Source of the DNA: Tubiluchus corallicola
Lineage: Eukaryota; Animalia; Priapulida
Reading direction: 5' to 3'
Assembly (NCBI GenBank): GCA_030141605.1
Contig: JAQGDQ010000715.1
Coordinates: 1 to 64,000 of the forward strand
Length of the DNA stretch: 64,000 nt
Below the pieces are notes generated by a model. The model made no database searches. It was given only the letters and a program-made list of their open reading frames with translations, and was not told where the DNA came from. Positions within the stretch are counted from its first letter, which is position 1; every line of letters begins with the position of its first letter. The translations under genes and the position numbers were made by a program. Positions 26,481 through 39,076 of this stretch are shown here, piece by piece.

Positions 26481-26987
26481 TAAAGGTATACTGTTAATTT
26501 AGTTTGAACAAATTATCTTCGCTTCTGGCCTGGAACAGTTAACTGCATTTTGATTTGGATGATATCTGTCTTTGATGAAAAGTGAAATAGCTTACCGATT
26601 GACATGGGTTTTGCAATGTACTGGCAGTTCGATGAGAAAACTAGGTATCTATTTCACTTGAGATTGGCAGGCGAAAAGCATTGTGGGGTGCATTGGTGAA
26701 CGGTGAAGCACCGTTGAGTTTCACCCTATTGACTCAACATTTGTGAATGTTATGGGGATTTGAGACCATACTGAGATGATCGGATGATCAGAACCTCTGG
26801 GCAGATAATCAGGGGATTGAGTTGTAAGCAAAGACAAAGCAAGACATTAGCTAAACTTATGCATTTTTCATCCTTTGTGTTTTTTTTGGTGCCACATATT
26901 GATCAATTTGTAACTAAAATTGTCGATTTTTGGGCTGAGAGTTTGCAGTTTTTATGTATCTTGTGCCTGATTTTGTTGTTACTGCAG

Positions 26988-27097
26988 ACTGTCTTCACCT
27001 GCTACGAGTCCATCAAAAAGGCAATCAGGCAGTGGTAGATCAGCGAGAAAGAAGAGGAAGAAAGAGACGGCAACACGTGAAGGAAGTGGCTACCATC
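26988..27097 (+). CDS. LIN37: LIN37 coding exon 2 (basic NLS-like RKKRKK)
   Basis: actgcag| ... catc|gtatgc, phases 2/1 fit the flanking exons; SPSKRQSGSGRSARKKRKKE. Confidence 0.85.
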
Positions 27098-27518
27098 GTA
27101 TGCACATTTTTTTAATCTATGTTCTCATTAGTTTTTTTAACTCTTGCTTTGTTCCATTGTTGTATTAAAAGACTGTATCATGGCGCATTCAGACTGGTTT
27201 ATAGTATTAGCATGCTACCATCAATTCTTATTGTAAAACTTAAATTTCAAAAAGACTGCAGAGATTTCTCAAAATGATTAATCAATCAAAACTTACCAAA
27301 CAGAATTTTTAACTAAAATTTTGCATGACGCTTCTCATGTTGCGCCCGCCCACTAAACAGTCTATCGGAACTATGCGCCCAGCACAATTAAGGTGATTTG
27401 GACTTAACAAAACATTTTGCTAATGGCTGTGGTGACATATACAACTTATGGTCATTATACTATTTCGTATTAAACAGTCTCGTAATTATTATGGGACATT
27501 TCATTATTTATTCAAGTG

Positions 27519-27693
27519 CAGTTAAACCTCGTCACAACGCCCCCTTTATAATGCCAACCTCTCTAACACCCACATTTTTTGGTAAAAACAAATAGATATG
27601 TATTAATGCGTTTAGGTATAACGCCAAACTCAACTTAAGTAAAGCCAAATTTTTTTGTAGTTCTAAAGAAGGCTGTATAAAGAGGTTTGAGTG
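27519..27693. mobile_element. Tigger-like MITE
   Basis: CAGTTAAACCTC...GAGGTTTGAGTG|TA. Confidence 0.55.
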
Positions 27694-27756
27694 TAACACA
27701 CTATATTAATTTTTACACTTAACTTCATCAATGATTGTCAGTTAGATCACCTAAGA

Positions 27757-28196
27757 CAGAGGTGTGCAAACTGCAGCCCGCCGAGAGATCTTGTGCGCCG
27801 CCCCCCCCCCCCCTTATAGAACGTGCGGGCCATGCAATTGTCAACGTAATGAAAGTGCGGCCCATGCAATCCAGCTGAAGTCTGCGCCAATATCGCAAAG
27901 ATAGTGCGGGTAGTTTTTTCCTCTAGATCGGATGGCGTTAACCCTTACAAGACCGTTGTCACTTAATGTCATTGTTGGACTTGACGAAATATATGGTTTT
28001 TAATATAAATTTTAATAACTTCTAGAATAGTTTCTTGAGTGTACTAGCGCAGTAGTAATGATGTGCGCAAATCGGATGCAAAAAATCGTTATTAGGTCCT
28101 ACTGTACTTTGCTCTTTGATCAAACTGCATGTGGCCCACATGAATTGCGGGAATGTTTAATGTGGCCCGGCTAGTCAGATAATTTGCACACCCCTG
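27757..28196 (+). mobile_element. hAT MITE, copy C (more diverged)
   Basis: Same TIRs; TSD ACCTAAGA/GCCTAAGA. Confidence 0.85.
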
Positions 28197-28348
28197 GCCT
28201 AAGAAGTTACTATAAAAAGTATTACTGTTCATATTTGTATTAATGATAACTGAGCCGTACTGAAATGATATTAAAGTCACGTTGCTCAGATTTTGAGACA
28301 CTATTCCTTAGATACATTTCGTGTATAAAATTCTACTTTGTTGTTTAG

Positions 28349-28518
28349 ATACCTACGTCATGAAGCTATTTGATCGGTCAGTCGATCTTGCCCAGTTCTC
28401 GGAAGACACTCCGTTGTATCCTATCTGCCGGGCCTGGATGAAGAACGACCCAGACAACCAGAATCTGTATCCGAAGCAGGAAGACGTTCAGGACACTATT
28501 GTAAACCCGGGCATTGGG
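28349..28518 (+). CDS. LIN37: LIN37 coding exon 3
   Basis: [32 protein letters not shown], near-identical to the LIN37 signature [32 protein letters not shown]. Confidence 0.97.
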
Positions 28519-28583
28519 GTAAACTATTTTTGTTATGTTATATATCATCTACAGTTGGACCAATAAATGTGTATGCTCTAGTG

Positions 28584-29066
28584 CAGGGGTGTGCAAATTG
28601 CGGCCCGCCGAGAGAATTTGTGCAGCCCGCGAAGAGATTTGTCAACCTAATGAAAGTGCGGCCCGGGCGATTAATTGAGTTCATCCAGCTGAAGTCCGTG
28701 CCACGATCCCAAAGATAGTGCGGGTAGTTTTTTCTACTAGATCGGATGCCATTAACCCTTACAAGACGGTTGTAGCTTAATGTCACTGTACTACACAGAC
28801 TGTGCGATACACATTACTAACATGCATTGTAATGAAATTACCACTATCTGTCCTGAAAGTAGAAATATATGGTTTGTATTATAAATTTTAATAAATTCTA
28901 AAATAGTTTCTTGAGTGTAGTAGTAAAGATGTACGCGCGTCGGATGCAAAAAAAATCGTTATTAGGCCTTTCTGTACTTGGCTCCTTGATCAAACTGCCT
29001 GTGGCCCGCAGGAATTGCAGGAAAGTTTAATGTGGCCCGGCTAGTCAGATAATTTGCACACCCCTG
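28584..29066 (+). mobile_element. hAT MITE, copy D
   Basis: Same TIRs; TSD CTCTAGTG/TTCTAGTG. Confidence 0.9.
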
Positions 29067-29145
29067 TTCTAGTGGGAATCATTTTAGTCAATACTGCGTG
29101 ACTTATTGGACTGGTTTCAAAATCAGCGTACTGTTTTTTGTGTAG

Positions 29146-29268
29146 GATGAGTTTCAAATGAACGTTTATCGTTTACCACCTCCGGTGCCACCTGATCCAG
29201 AAAAACCTCACTACAGCAACCGCATTCCGAATCCATTGCCAAAAGAGAGCATACAAAACAATTCCTTT
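29146..29268 (+). CDS. LIN37: LIN37 coding exon 4
   Basis: NVYRLPPPVPP...SNRIPNPL matches DVYKLPPP...SRIPSPL; phase 0/0. Confidence 0.92.
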
Positions 29269-30005
29269 GTAAGTTGGAACTTCGTTAAGCTGCATATTGC
29301 ATTTAACGTCTTAAAGCTAACAGTAATATTTTTTGTGTTGTCCTACGAGGAACTCTGATGAGCCGGCTGTTATAAATTTACTGGTTTAATTTGTACATAT
29401 GTGTGTTGCCAGTTTTTCTCTAGAAAGTTGATTTTTGGCACATGGACAGTGTGTGGGAGAGAGTCGAAACTTCTTGATTTTTGGATCACTTGACACACGT
29501 TTGATTTCTATACATTTTTTTAAAAAAGATGTGTCGATTGGCAATGCATGTAGGCCAACGACCAGACTTTTGCTCTAGTCCGATAGATAGCAGCAATGAC
29601 ACAGACAATTGTGTAGACAATGATGTCTTCATGCTTTGCAGTTAATGCATAGGAGCTATTCATAAAACCATTGTTCATTTTTAATTGTAATGTTTTGGGC
29701 TAAACTCAGAATCAGACGTCAAGACTTAGATAATCATTACATGTTGATCTTGAACCATTGTAGAAAGTAATGTAAAAGAATTGAGATACGTTCCAGCGAA
29801 GAAAATTTTTGCTGCTAAATTCATACGAACTAAATGATTTAGTGAGTTTTATTCATATTTCTACTAGTAACGTTTCGCTTATTAGTTATCCTTCGGTTTT
29901 CTTGAAATCACAATTTTCTTACCAATAGCTAGTGGTTTCGCTTTCATTAACATTGAAGCCCACTATACATAGCCAGTTAGTGGTTAAACACTGCCTAGTA
30001 AAAGC

Positions 30006-30423
30006 TGTGGAAGTTGTAACTGTATATTTTTAGGTGCTGCCATCTATTGACTAATCACTTTACATTTACTAGCCAAACTCACCCCTAGTATAATTGTTCG
30101 GTCCAGTGAATATGCATACTCACTGGATCTCCCCCTATTTTACTGTAATGGTATTTGTGAAGCCAGGTTTGCATAATTACTTCTACCTATATATACTGGC
30201 TGGATTCTACTTCTAGTCACTCTCTGTCACGTTCTCAGTGCAGTGCAGTCGTGCTACACACTGTCTAACTCACACTCTCAGTGCAGTGCAGCAGTCGTGA
30301 TCTTCATTTTACTCATGTGTATTTAGTCTAATAAACGTTTTCAGTTTTGTGCAGATATGTAGTACAGTGTTTTATTCTTGTTCTACAAAGTGTTCAACTA
30401 CAACCTCATACATGACTTTCACA
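30006..30423 (+). mobile_element. Solo LTR, copy 2
   Basis: TGTGGAAGT...ACTTTCACA; perfect TSD AAAGC; internal TATATATA and AATAAA. Confidence 0.85.
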
Positions 30424-31031
30424 AAAGCTAAGCATTGGGGTGTTTTGGGGAAAATTTCACAAAGTACTATTCTGGCTGCCATACCAACATGTTACAGACA
30501 AAATTCCTTGGCATAAAGTTTGAACTCAAGTCTCTGCTGGTCTCTTCAGTTTTGATCAGTATAAACCGCAAACCGATCTTGCTTGATACAAAGGCTAACA
30601 TTTAGTACGTTGTCAGTCGGGAAGCAGAAACATAGAATAATTGTACTGTTTTACATTAGTGGTACATTTTTAAAACAGAATATTACAAAATACTGTTTCA
30701 GTGCTTCGAATTAGGTATAAAAATAGTTGTAAAGCAAATAAAAATGCCTTTGAGCAAAGTAAAAAAAAATCATCGTGAAAAGGAAACGTCGTTAAGTGAG
30801 TAAAAGGTGTCAAATATTCAGCATTGTTAAAATGAAATGTCGCTAAATGGGGAGCCATTAAGCGCGGTCTTACTGTACGTGGAAATCATAATGTAAAAAA
30901 AACAAAAGATTAATAAATCAAATTATGACATGGGATAATGATAAATGTATTGGATGTTGGAGGAGGGTTGTGAATGAAAATAATGCAACGTGGTGAAATA
31001 TAAAAACGCATTACACCCTCTTAATGGAATT

Positions 31032-31434
31032 TGTGAAAGTCATTTTTGAAGTTGTTCATCACTCACTTTGCTATGATTGAGTTTAGGCACAGTACTATAA
31101 ACAAGAATAAAAATCTATAATACATCTTTGCACTGCACACAACAGAAAAGTGTTTATTAAAACTACAGACACATGAGTAGCATGACTGCTGCACTGAACA
31201 CTGAGAGTGAGAGTGACTAGAAAGTAAAAACAGTCAGTATACAGGTATAGGACTTGACATATGCAGATTTGCACAGGCTTCACAACAACCATTACTTTTA
31301 AATAGGGAGAGGATCAGTGTGTATGCATTCACTGGACCATACAATTATACTGGGGGTAAGTCAGCTGGTAGAATGTAACAGGATTATCCCATAGATGGCA
31401 GCACTAATTATAATGTACAATTCTAACTTCCACA
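31032..31434 (-). mobile_element. Solo LTR, copy 3 (diverged)
   Basis: TGTGAAAGT...ACTTCCACA; perfect TSD GAATT. Confidence 0.8.
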
Positions 31435-31465
31435 GAATTGTCATTGTTGAATCTACATCTTGTAG

Positions 31466-31630
31466 GATATAAACACAGCGCCACCCATTGACAGGCTCCT
31501 CTTGAGTCATCTCCATCGTTGGAAGAGCATACGCGAGAGCTGGAAGGCAAAGATAGAAGAGAACGAGGAACGCTACATCGAAAGCACAACAATTCTGAAG
31601 AGTATGTTTCAAGAAACTCATCCGCAATGA
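31466..31630 (+). CDS. LIN37: LIN37 coding exon 5 (terminal)
   Basis: LLSHLHRWKSIRESWKAK...NEERYIESTTILKSMF..Q* matches RWKRIRQRWKEA...RYSESMKILREM; AATAAA at 31682; total CDS 699 nt = 232 aa. Confidence 0.93.
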   Translation, partial: DINTAPPIDRLLLSHLHRWKSIRESWKAKIEENEERYIESTTILKSMFQETHPQ

Positions 31631-32159
31631 AACTGGATATTAATAACAGTTATTTTCATGTAAATAGTAAAGCATGTAGGTAATAAAATGATTGTAAATG
31701 TATAACTTGTGCATGCAGTTATTTTTACTAACTTCAGTTAAGCAATGTTGAGTCTAGTTAGTAAATGGATGGATGACAGCTGCTTCATTTGCCATACATC
31801 ATCCAGCTGTTTGCCTCTTTCGCAAAGGCTGTGCATCCAAATGTGTGAAACACCTCTGCTGGTTCAGTGTCTCACTTTAGAGGATTAGTGGACTATTGCT
31901 GATAATAAAATAACCCTAATACAGGGCTATCACTTGAATGTTGGATACTGGCTTGCAAAGTACTGAACTGTGTTAAACAAACATCGACCAACAAATTTAA
32001 CCCAGTTTGGTTCTAAGGAGAGAACAGTTTTTGCATTTATTGAGCCCTTTCCCTGAGCAAGCCATTTGAATTTCACATGCTGTACAAATCTACATGTTTG
32101 AGCTAAGTAGTCTGCTGCTGTCTTTGCACCTTGATCAATATGTCACATTGTTCAATATA

Positions 32160-32511
32160 CACTTGAACTTCCTTATACCGCTTACTTTGGGACTGCAAAA
32201 AAGTTAGAATTAAGCGAATTTGGCATTATATCAAGGCACATTAATACATACATGTCTATGCAAATGCAGACAATTTGTTTTGCCAAAAAGGTGATGGCTA
32301 CACATGGTTAGCATTATAAAATGGGGCATCATAATGAAGTTTAAAAATGCAGACAATTTGTTTTGCCAAAAAGGTGATGGCTACACATGGTTAGCATTAT
32401 AAAATGGGGCATCATAATGAAGTTTAAAAATGCAGACAATTTGTTTTGCCAAAAAGGTGATGGCTACACGTGGTTAGGATTATAAAATGGGGCAATAATG
32501 AAGTTTAACTG
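32160..32511. mobile_element. Tigger-like MITE with internal 83-bp tandem triplication
   Basis: TA-flanked; ATGCAGACAATTTGTTTTGCC... starts at 32264, 32347 and 32430. Confidence 0.65.
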
Positions 32512-33287
32512 TATCATCACTTTCATGTACTTTACCATATTCCAGCATTATAAAATATTAAACACACTTTTTATACCCCCAGTTTCGAAGGATGCCCAAT
32601 TTATAGAGACCATTATCATTGGATAGAAGTCCAAACCAGAGGAGAATCTAACGCACTTTAGTGTGAACAACTGTGAAATCCAAGGCTGTTGATTTCTTAT
32701 ACAGTTCGGCTTTAAGACAGAATCCAGTCGATCACATAAAACCCAACCAGGCAGAAGCGGTTCACCTGACTGTCACCTAACCATTTACTTCCCAGATTCA
32801 GCACTGCTTTATTTCTGTTGTTAAGTGCTCGCTATCACATGCTATCGCCACTCAAACATCCTGGTTGAATGACTAACAATTGGTCAAAATTTGCATTGTC
32901 CTGAATGCAAAATGTGCTGCCCTCTGTGAAACAAAATTTGAATTTAATGCTTAAAATTAGAAGCTGTACTATGCAGTGTTTTGGGGTCTAAACTATGAGA
33001 TTCAAAGTATGAATTTTCAATCAATTTCAGACAATTTTTATTGTGCCTGTCTTCAGTTAACTAACAAACCTTGATTAATCTTGTTTAACAATTAGCTTTG
33101 TTCAATACATAGGAAGATATATCATTCTCACACCAGCAGTACTTAATTTCATCTTAATGATTCTATTGCTGTTAATGCGAATGTAAATAATGAGACACAT
33201 AGCAGTACAGGATTTCAATGAAGAGGAAATTTGACTTAAACACGTAATTAATTAGTCTCTGCTCTATCGCAGTGACCACTCGCTAAC

Positions 33288-33886
33288 CAGGGCCGGAACT
33301 AGATGTGGCAAGGAGGGGGGGGGGCGCAAAAATTTCCTGGGAGGGCGAGGTATCCGAAGTGGTTAAATAATGGTTAAGCCAATTTTTAACCCCTTTTATA
33401 CTGCATGCAGGCCTATTGTTAGCATGTGTGTAGGACGGCGTAGCGGACAGAGCAATAATGAGAAAATTAACTCTCAGTTAACCTAACGTTTTCAATGTGC
33501 CTCTAACTAAATTGTTATTTGCAGAAATTTATCACACACAAGTTTTAAGAAAATAATACGCAGGAAATAATGTCAAAATGAAATGTGGAACGATACTTCC
33601 TTGGACAAAAAAGTCTAAAGTTTTCAAAAAGTCTCAAATTTCAGCATGGTACCACTGCTACACCAGCATAGAGTCTGTGACTGCGTGTGGTCCCTGTAGG
33701 CCTACACTGTGATAGGCACCTCTGTGCACACTGAGTTTTGTCTGCACGCACATTGAAGCTACCAAACATTTTTTTACCTAATTCTAATTCATATTGAAAA
33801 TGATTACATGCGAACTGCAATTTTCACTGCAAAAAAACTCATTTGTCCGATTTTGCAGGGGGCGCCCCCCCCTCGCTACGCCCCTG
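33288..33886. mobile_element. hAT-like MITE
   Basis: CAGGG...CCCTG termini; TSD TCGCTAAC/TCACTAAC. Confidence 0.7.
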
Positions 33887-34535
33887 TCACTAACTCCTCG
33901 TTGCTCTTTTCAGCCCTCTTAACTTGTTTTATTCTTAACTCATTCACTGTGTTTTTTCTTGGTACTCTTTTTCTTTTTTTACTATCACATAACTCTAACA
34001 AGCTCTCATTTTAGACTTGAAACTACCATTAAATATTATAGTCCAACAGACTAAAATTTTCAATCTCTGACAATGATCTTGTTCGAAATGTGTAATTTTT
34101 ATGATGATGTAATGATTACGTGTTACGTCAAAATAAAATGAACTTGAACAGAAACAGTTTTGAACAAATTTATCCATTTTACATACATCTGTATATTGCA
34201 GCTTATTATTACTAGTTCTGACATGTTGATGTGTGTACACCTAGTAAATCTTACTTTTATTACATCAGATATTAATAATGACTCTTATTTACAAAAAGGT
34301 TACAAAACTTCATATAATTTAACTCGTACATGGCCACCACATTTACAAATGATAGTTTTTACATTTACAAAGAGATAAAAAAATCATCATGCAACTTTGC
34401 TATTACACGGAAAAATTACGAACTACAACGTGTACAAAGAATGATGTCTATAAAGACGTAATATTAATTGCGCATTATTATAATCAAGTTTATTTTTGAG
34501 ATGTAACAAACAAGCTTCTAAAGTTCATGGAAGTA

Positions 34536-35364
34536 CAGTCTAGTCTCGTTATCTCGCCACTGTCCGTCTAGAGCAAATTTTTGGCGAGAGGCGAGTATGG
34601 CGAGATAACGGGAATATAACGAAGTTAGTCTAAATGTATATGCATAATAGTTGATTAACATAGTGTTCCTCTATATACATATAAAATATATTTTGCATTA
34701 TGATACCAATCAACATTAAATCAGAAATGAAAAAATGTCACAAAAATAATCTTAGAATGTTACTTTTTTATTTAAAAAACCTTTATTATATCTCCTACAC
34801 TTCTCCGGCTAACAGTGTCACCAAATTTCGCACTAAATACAGTAGCAATTTCCTGCAGTGTCTTTGAAGAATTATTCGTATGATAAATACAAATTTCCTT
34901 TTTTTGTTCAGGATTAAGACAAAACAGTTTTCGCTTCAGAGACATCATGTAAAGTTACTCACACTTTGTGGAAACTCAAACTTAAATGCAGCTTTGGTGT
35001 TATACAGTAAGGATATCGGTGACGCTTTAGTTTCTCTGCACATTAACCAACCACAGCACTCCTAATCTAATCCTGGTGAGACACACACTAGATTAATTAT
35101 GTCTGTCTATCGAGTACAGCAGCATTGTCTACATACCGCGGTTATATTGATCGACACGCTGTATATGTATTGATCGATTCACCTCTGAGTTTGTCTGTTT
35201 GGCAACATAACGAATATTGTTTACATAAGCACTCATCCTAGCATGACGTGGCGAGGGCGAGAAGCGAGGGTGGCAACTTAACGAGGTAAATATCAAAGCA
35301 GGAAATCCGTCCTGGTACTTTCTATGGCGAGAGACGAGTTTGGCGGCATAACGAGGCTAGACTG
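34536..35364. mobile_element. Tigger/pogo-like non-autonomous element
   Basis: TA|CAGTCTAGTCTCGTTATCTCGCCA...TGGCGGCATAACGAGGCTAGACTG|TA; subterminal GGCGAG repeats. Confidence 0.85.
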
Positions 35365-36113
35365 TAGTGATGGGCGATTAATTGATTTAATCTTAATTAC
35401 AACCATGTTTAAATCAATATACTTGGAAATTGCACAGTATCATAAAACTGAAAGTTTACCACAAAATCGAGATCAAAATTGAACACAGACTAACAGAATT
35501 AATTAATGATGAATAGATAAATTAATAATTAATAAATAACAAACAAAACTTATTTCATTCCAACGGAAAATGATAAAACAGAAAGTTTATAAAATTTTTG
35601 TGTGCTGTTGTCCTCAGTTGACCTTTCATCTGTTAAAAGAGTCTGGATTTTTTCTTCATTTTTCTCACCTTACGCAATGCCCACAATTGCAAGCAGGTGG
35701 CTTCAAATTCATTAGCATGTGACGTAGTCATAGAGCAGTTAATGAAAAAGTGGTGCGTGTCTATAAAAATAACTTGCAAGTACAAAAATGGCTGATAGCG
35801 ATGAAAGCCGAAAAGAATCTTATTGGCTATGTTTCACTGCAAGCATCGAAAAATATCGTAAAACACTAAAAAGTTGCCGCAAAAGATTTAATCGTAATAT
35901 CGAATTACAAGAGCATGATTATAGTCTAATTATAAGATCTCAAAGTCGTCCATCACTAGCTGAATGACACTTCCTATTCTGTTAGCCTTGACTGCCTCAT
36001 GACTCCTGCACAACTCAGTCTTGGACAGTTGCACAATATTCAGAAACCAGATGGCAACCACGTTCAGAAATCTCAAACATGAATTGAAAATACTGATGAT
36101 GACATTTTCACCG

Positions 36114-36184
36114 TCAAAACTTACGCAGTTTGGCATCAGGTGGCGCCACGTAGAACACTAGTTGAAACCACCTGGTGAAGACAA
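36114..36184 (-). CDS. SLC7 transporter, last (or penultimate) coding exon
   Basis: ttttcag| phase 1; VVFTRWFQLVFYVAPPDAKLRKF* matches the SLC7 C-terminal T..LQ.L..V.PP; internal gtaagt at 36124 could splice further. Confidence 0.75.
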
Positions 36185-36652
36185 CTGAAAATAGAAAAAC
36201 AAACTTCTAAACAATAATTACCGATTCCATAATGGTAGGCTTGTGAAGCAAAAATACCCCCAATACCCCTGGACTGCTGTTGCAAACTCATTTATGTTGA
36301 CTGATTTGTTAAAAAAAACCAACCTTGTCAATCAAAACTTGCTTTTTTAGCAGAATAATTCATTTTTAGTCATTACTTGTATAATTGCCATTGTTATCAT
36401 CATCATATGCCCGGGATCACATTTGGCAGGCCGAATTCTAAAATTGTGGAAATTTGGGGAAATCATTTGGATGTGGTCCATTTTTTGTAGCTTTTTTAGA
36501 GCAAAAGAGTGAAAAATACTTACAGAATAGCTGCAAGATGCTAATAACTGATGTCTTACAATAGCAGAATAAGCTGCTAGTTGAAAAATTGTTAGGTATT
36601 TGTTGTGTTTTGTTTCTTTCGGAAGGCTCGTAGAGAAAACCAGAAAACACGC

Positions 36653-37018
36653 CGTTAAATATTACTACTTTATTTAATGAGAATTCTATAACACAAGAGT
36701 ATGAAGGAACGTTGAAATGATTACAATAAACGTGAAAATCTGGAAAACGTTTAAGTAATTATACAAGTAAATGCGTAAGTGACGTCCGTGTTAGATCTGC
36801 GTGCTTTGCGTGCGACCCCGTGTCGGCAGCCTGCTTCGCCTTATATAGCGCGCTGTAGAAACTTCCCGAACAAATATTCGAGAACAATCCAGACAGTAAG
36901 GCGGTCATTCCGACGGAACATTCTACGATGTTCCATGCAATTCTAATTGACGCCAGTGATCTCCACAACACTATTGTATCACCACTACACAGTTTTTTCA
37001 CAAAGAGAGACTGTAACA
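36653..37018 (-). mobile_element. Possible solo LTR in SLC7 intron
   Basis: TGTTA start, TATATAAG then AATAAA in LTR order on minus strand; no TSD found. Confidence 0.3.
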
Positions 37019-37069
37019 TAGATTGTAGATTAACGTTTTCATTAAATTAAACGAACTCGCTTGCCTTAC

Positions 37070-37238
37070 CCATGAATCTTGGTTCATACGCATTATAGAC
37101 GAACGGTACATACAGCACGAGTCCACCAAGTATAAAGCCTACGGCAATTAAATATTCAGTCTTTGGTTCATTGATGATGGGTGCAATGACTAGACACGTA
37201 GCTATGATGAGTACAAGGACAGGTATAATTATTGGCAC
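37070..37238 (-). CDS. SLC7 (b0,+AT/SLC7A9-like) amino-acid transporter exon, TM11-12
   Basis: VPIIIPVLVLIIATCLVIAPIINEPKTEYLIAVGFILGGLVLYVPFV aligns by eye to SLC7A9 VPVVIPVL...LVLAPII.KP..EYLY.V.FILSGL.FY..FV; canonical splice sites. Confidence 0.88.
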
Positions 37239-37246
37239 CTGAAAAG

Positions 37247-37638
37247 NNNNNNNNNNNNNNNNNNNNNNNNNNNNNNNNNNNNNNNNNNNNNNNNNNNNNN
37301 NNNNNNNNNNNNNNNNNNNNNNNNNNNNNNNNNNNNNNNNNNNNNNNNNNNNNNNNNNNNNNNNNNNNNNNNNNNNNNNNNNNNNNNNNNNNNNNNNNNN
37401 NNNNNNNNNNNNNNNNNNNNNNNNNNNNNNNNNNNNNNNNNNNNNNNNNNNNNNNNNNNNNNNNNNNNNNNNNNNNNNNNNNNNNNNNNNNNNNNNNNNN
37501 NNNNNNNNNNNNNNNNNNNNNNNNNNNNNNNNNNNNNNNNNNNNNNNNNNNNNNNNNNNNNNNNNNNNNNNNNNNNNNNNNNNNNNNNNNNNNNNNNNNN
37601 NNNNNNNNNNNNNNNNNNNNNNNNNNNNNNNNNNNNNN
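37247..37638. other. Assembly gap (392 N)
   Basis: Run of n. Confidence 1.
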
Positions 37639-37850
<212 letters not shown>

Positions 37851-38951
37851 CTCTCCCTCTCTTTCTCTTTTATGTTTTTCTCTTTATTGATGTCTGCCTT
37901 TTCATTTGTCATTAAAATTTTATTTATACTAGCACTTTTTCGCGTGACTTTAGCTTTGTTTCAGACCAATTTACTGGGTTTAACATTGAATAAAGTACAA
38001 CTTTGTTACAAATTTATGTCAAGCAAATGCGCATTGTAATTGTCAAGGGGAGCCTGGGGTGAGTCACTTGGCAGCTTCAAAGTCAGAAGTGATTTTCTTA
38101 AATTCTGTCACTCGGTAGCTGAAAGTACGGGTACCTACATGGCAAATTTTTTTTGCTGGAAAATTAAATTAGCGTTTCATTATATGAGATTTAGTAACAA
38201 GTGTCCACAATTTGACGAGGATAAGCTAATCAAAGATAACGTAAAATATTTTACCTGTGATTTTTCTAACTAACATTCTTTTTACTACTATCTACCATCT
38301 AACTACCATTTTGAAATTACCATTTATCTAGATATAACCAAATTAATTTCAAAAGATGATTAAGAGCTGTAAAAAGGACAATGCTACCTTCACCACACTA
38401 ATAAAAATCACAAAAGTTTGGCTTTGAAGTGAAGTGAAAAGTAAGTTTTGTCAGTGGTTCTTTTAGTTGTGGTTATGGACAAAAATTATTGTGAGTGTGT
38501 TTCTCAATGTGACTGCAAGTTTGTCTGACATGTGAATTGAGTTTATTATTACGGAGTGGTTTCACTTGTGACATGTGTTTTGTTATATAATATGTAAAGA
38601 ATGTATTTAAAATATATTATAAGCTTTGGATTTTAATGTATCAACGAAAACTTGTGAGAAGGTAATTTACAATAATAAACAGTTTATTCAGTATGTTTGT
38701 GTTATTTGCAGAAGCTGGCAAATGGCTCCCGTGTATAAGTCTCATTAGAAGTAGAAGTAGAAGATTAACTCAATGAACGACTAACGCAATGGTCATTCCA
38801 ATTGGCTTGTGAGCCGTGGGGTGCAAGAACATATGATATTCTGACATTGGTGTGACCTAAGCGTTACTCTTGCACACTTACGACTTCTGAATTATTTGTA
38901 TAAATCATTCTGCAAGTTAATCAAACTGTCCTTGCATAACATATAACAGTT

Positions 38952-39076
38952 AAAGGTCAGAACACTCACTTCTCGCCTGGCCTATATAAGGCAACGCAGA
39001 ACCGGTTGTTTTTGAGGACTTCATCAGTATTAAAGGACCCAAGTATTTTGGAGACAAATTATATTGTACGACAAAG
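38952..39076 (+). promoter_or_regulatory. Candidate TATA promoter and non-coding exon 1 of Kazal gene K1
   Basis: AAAGGTCA 38952, TATATAAG 38983, donor caaag|gtaagc 39076; same arrangement upstream of K3. Confidence 0.6.

Noticed and set aside
35550-36010. Additional SLC7 terminal exons (acceptors near 35629 and ~36005)
   Set aside because: Several equally plausible options and no homology support; the upstream exon already has an in-frame stop
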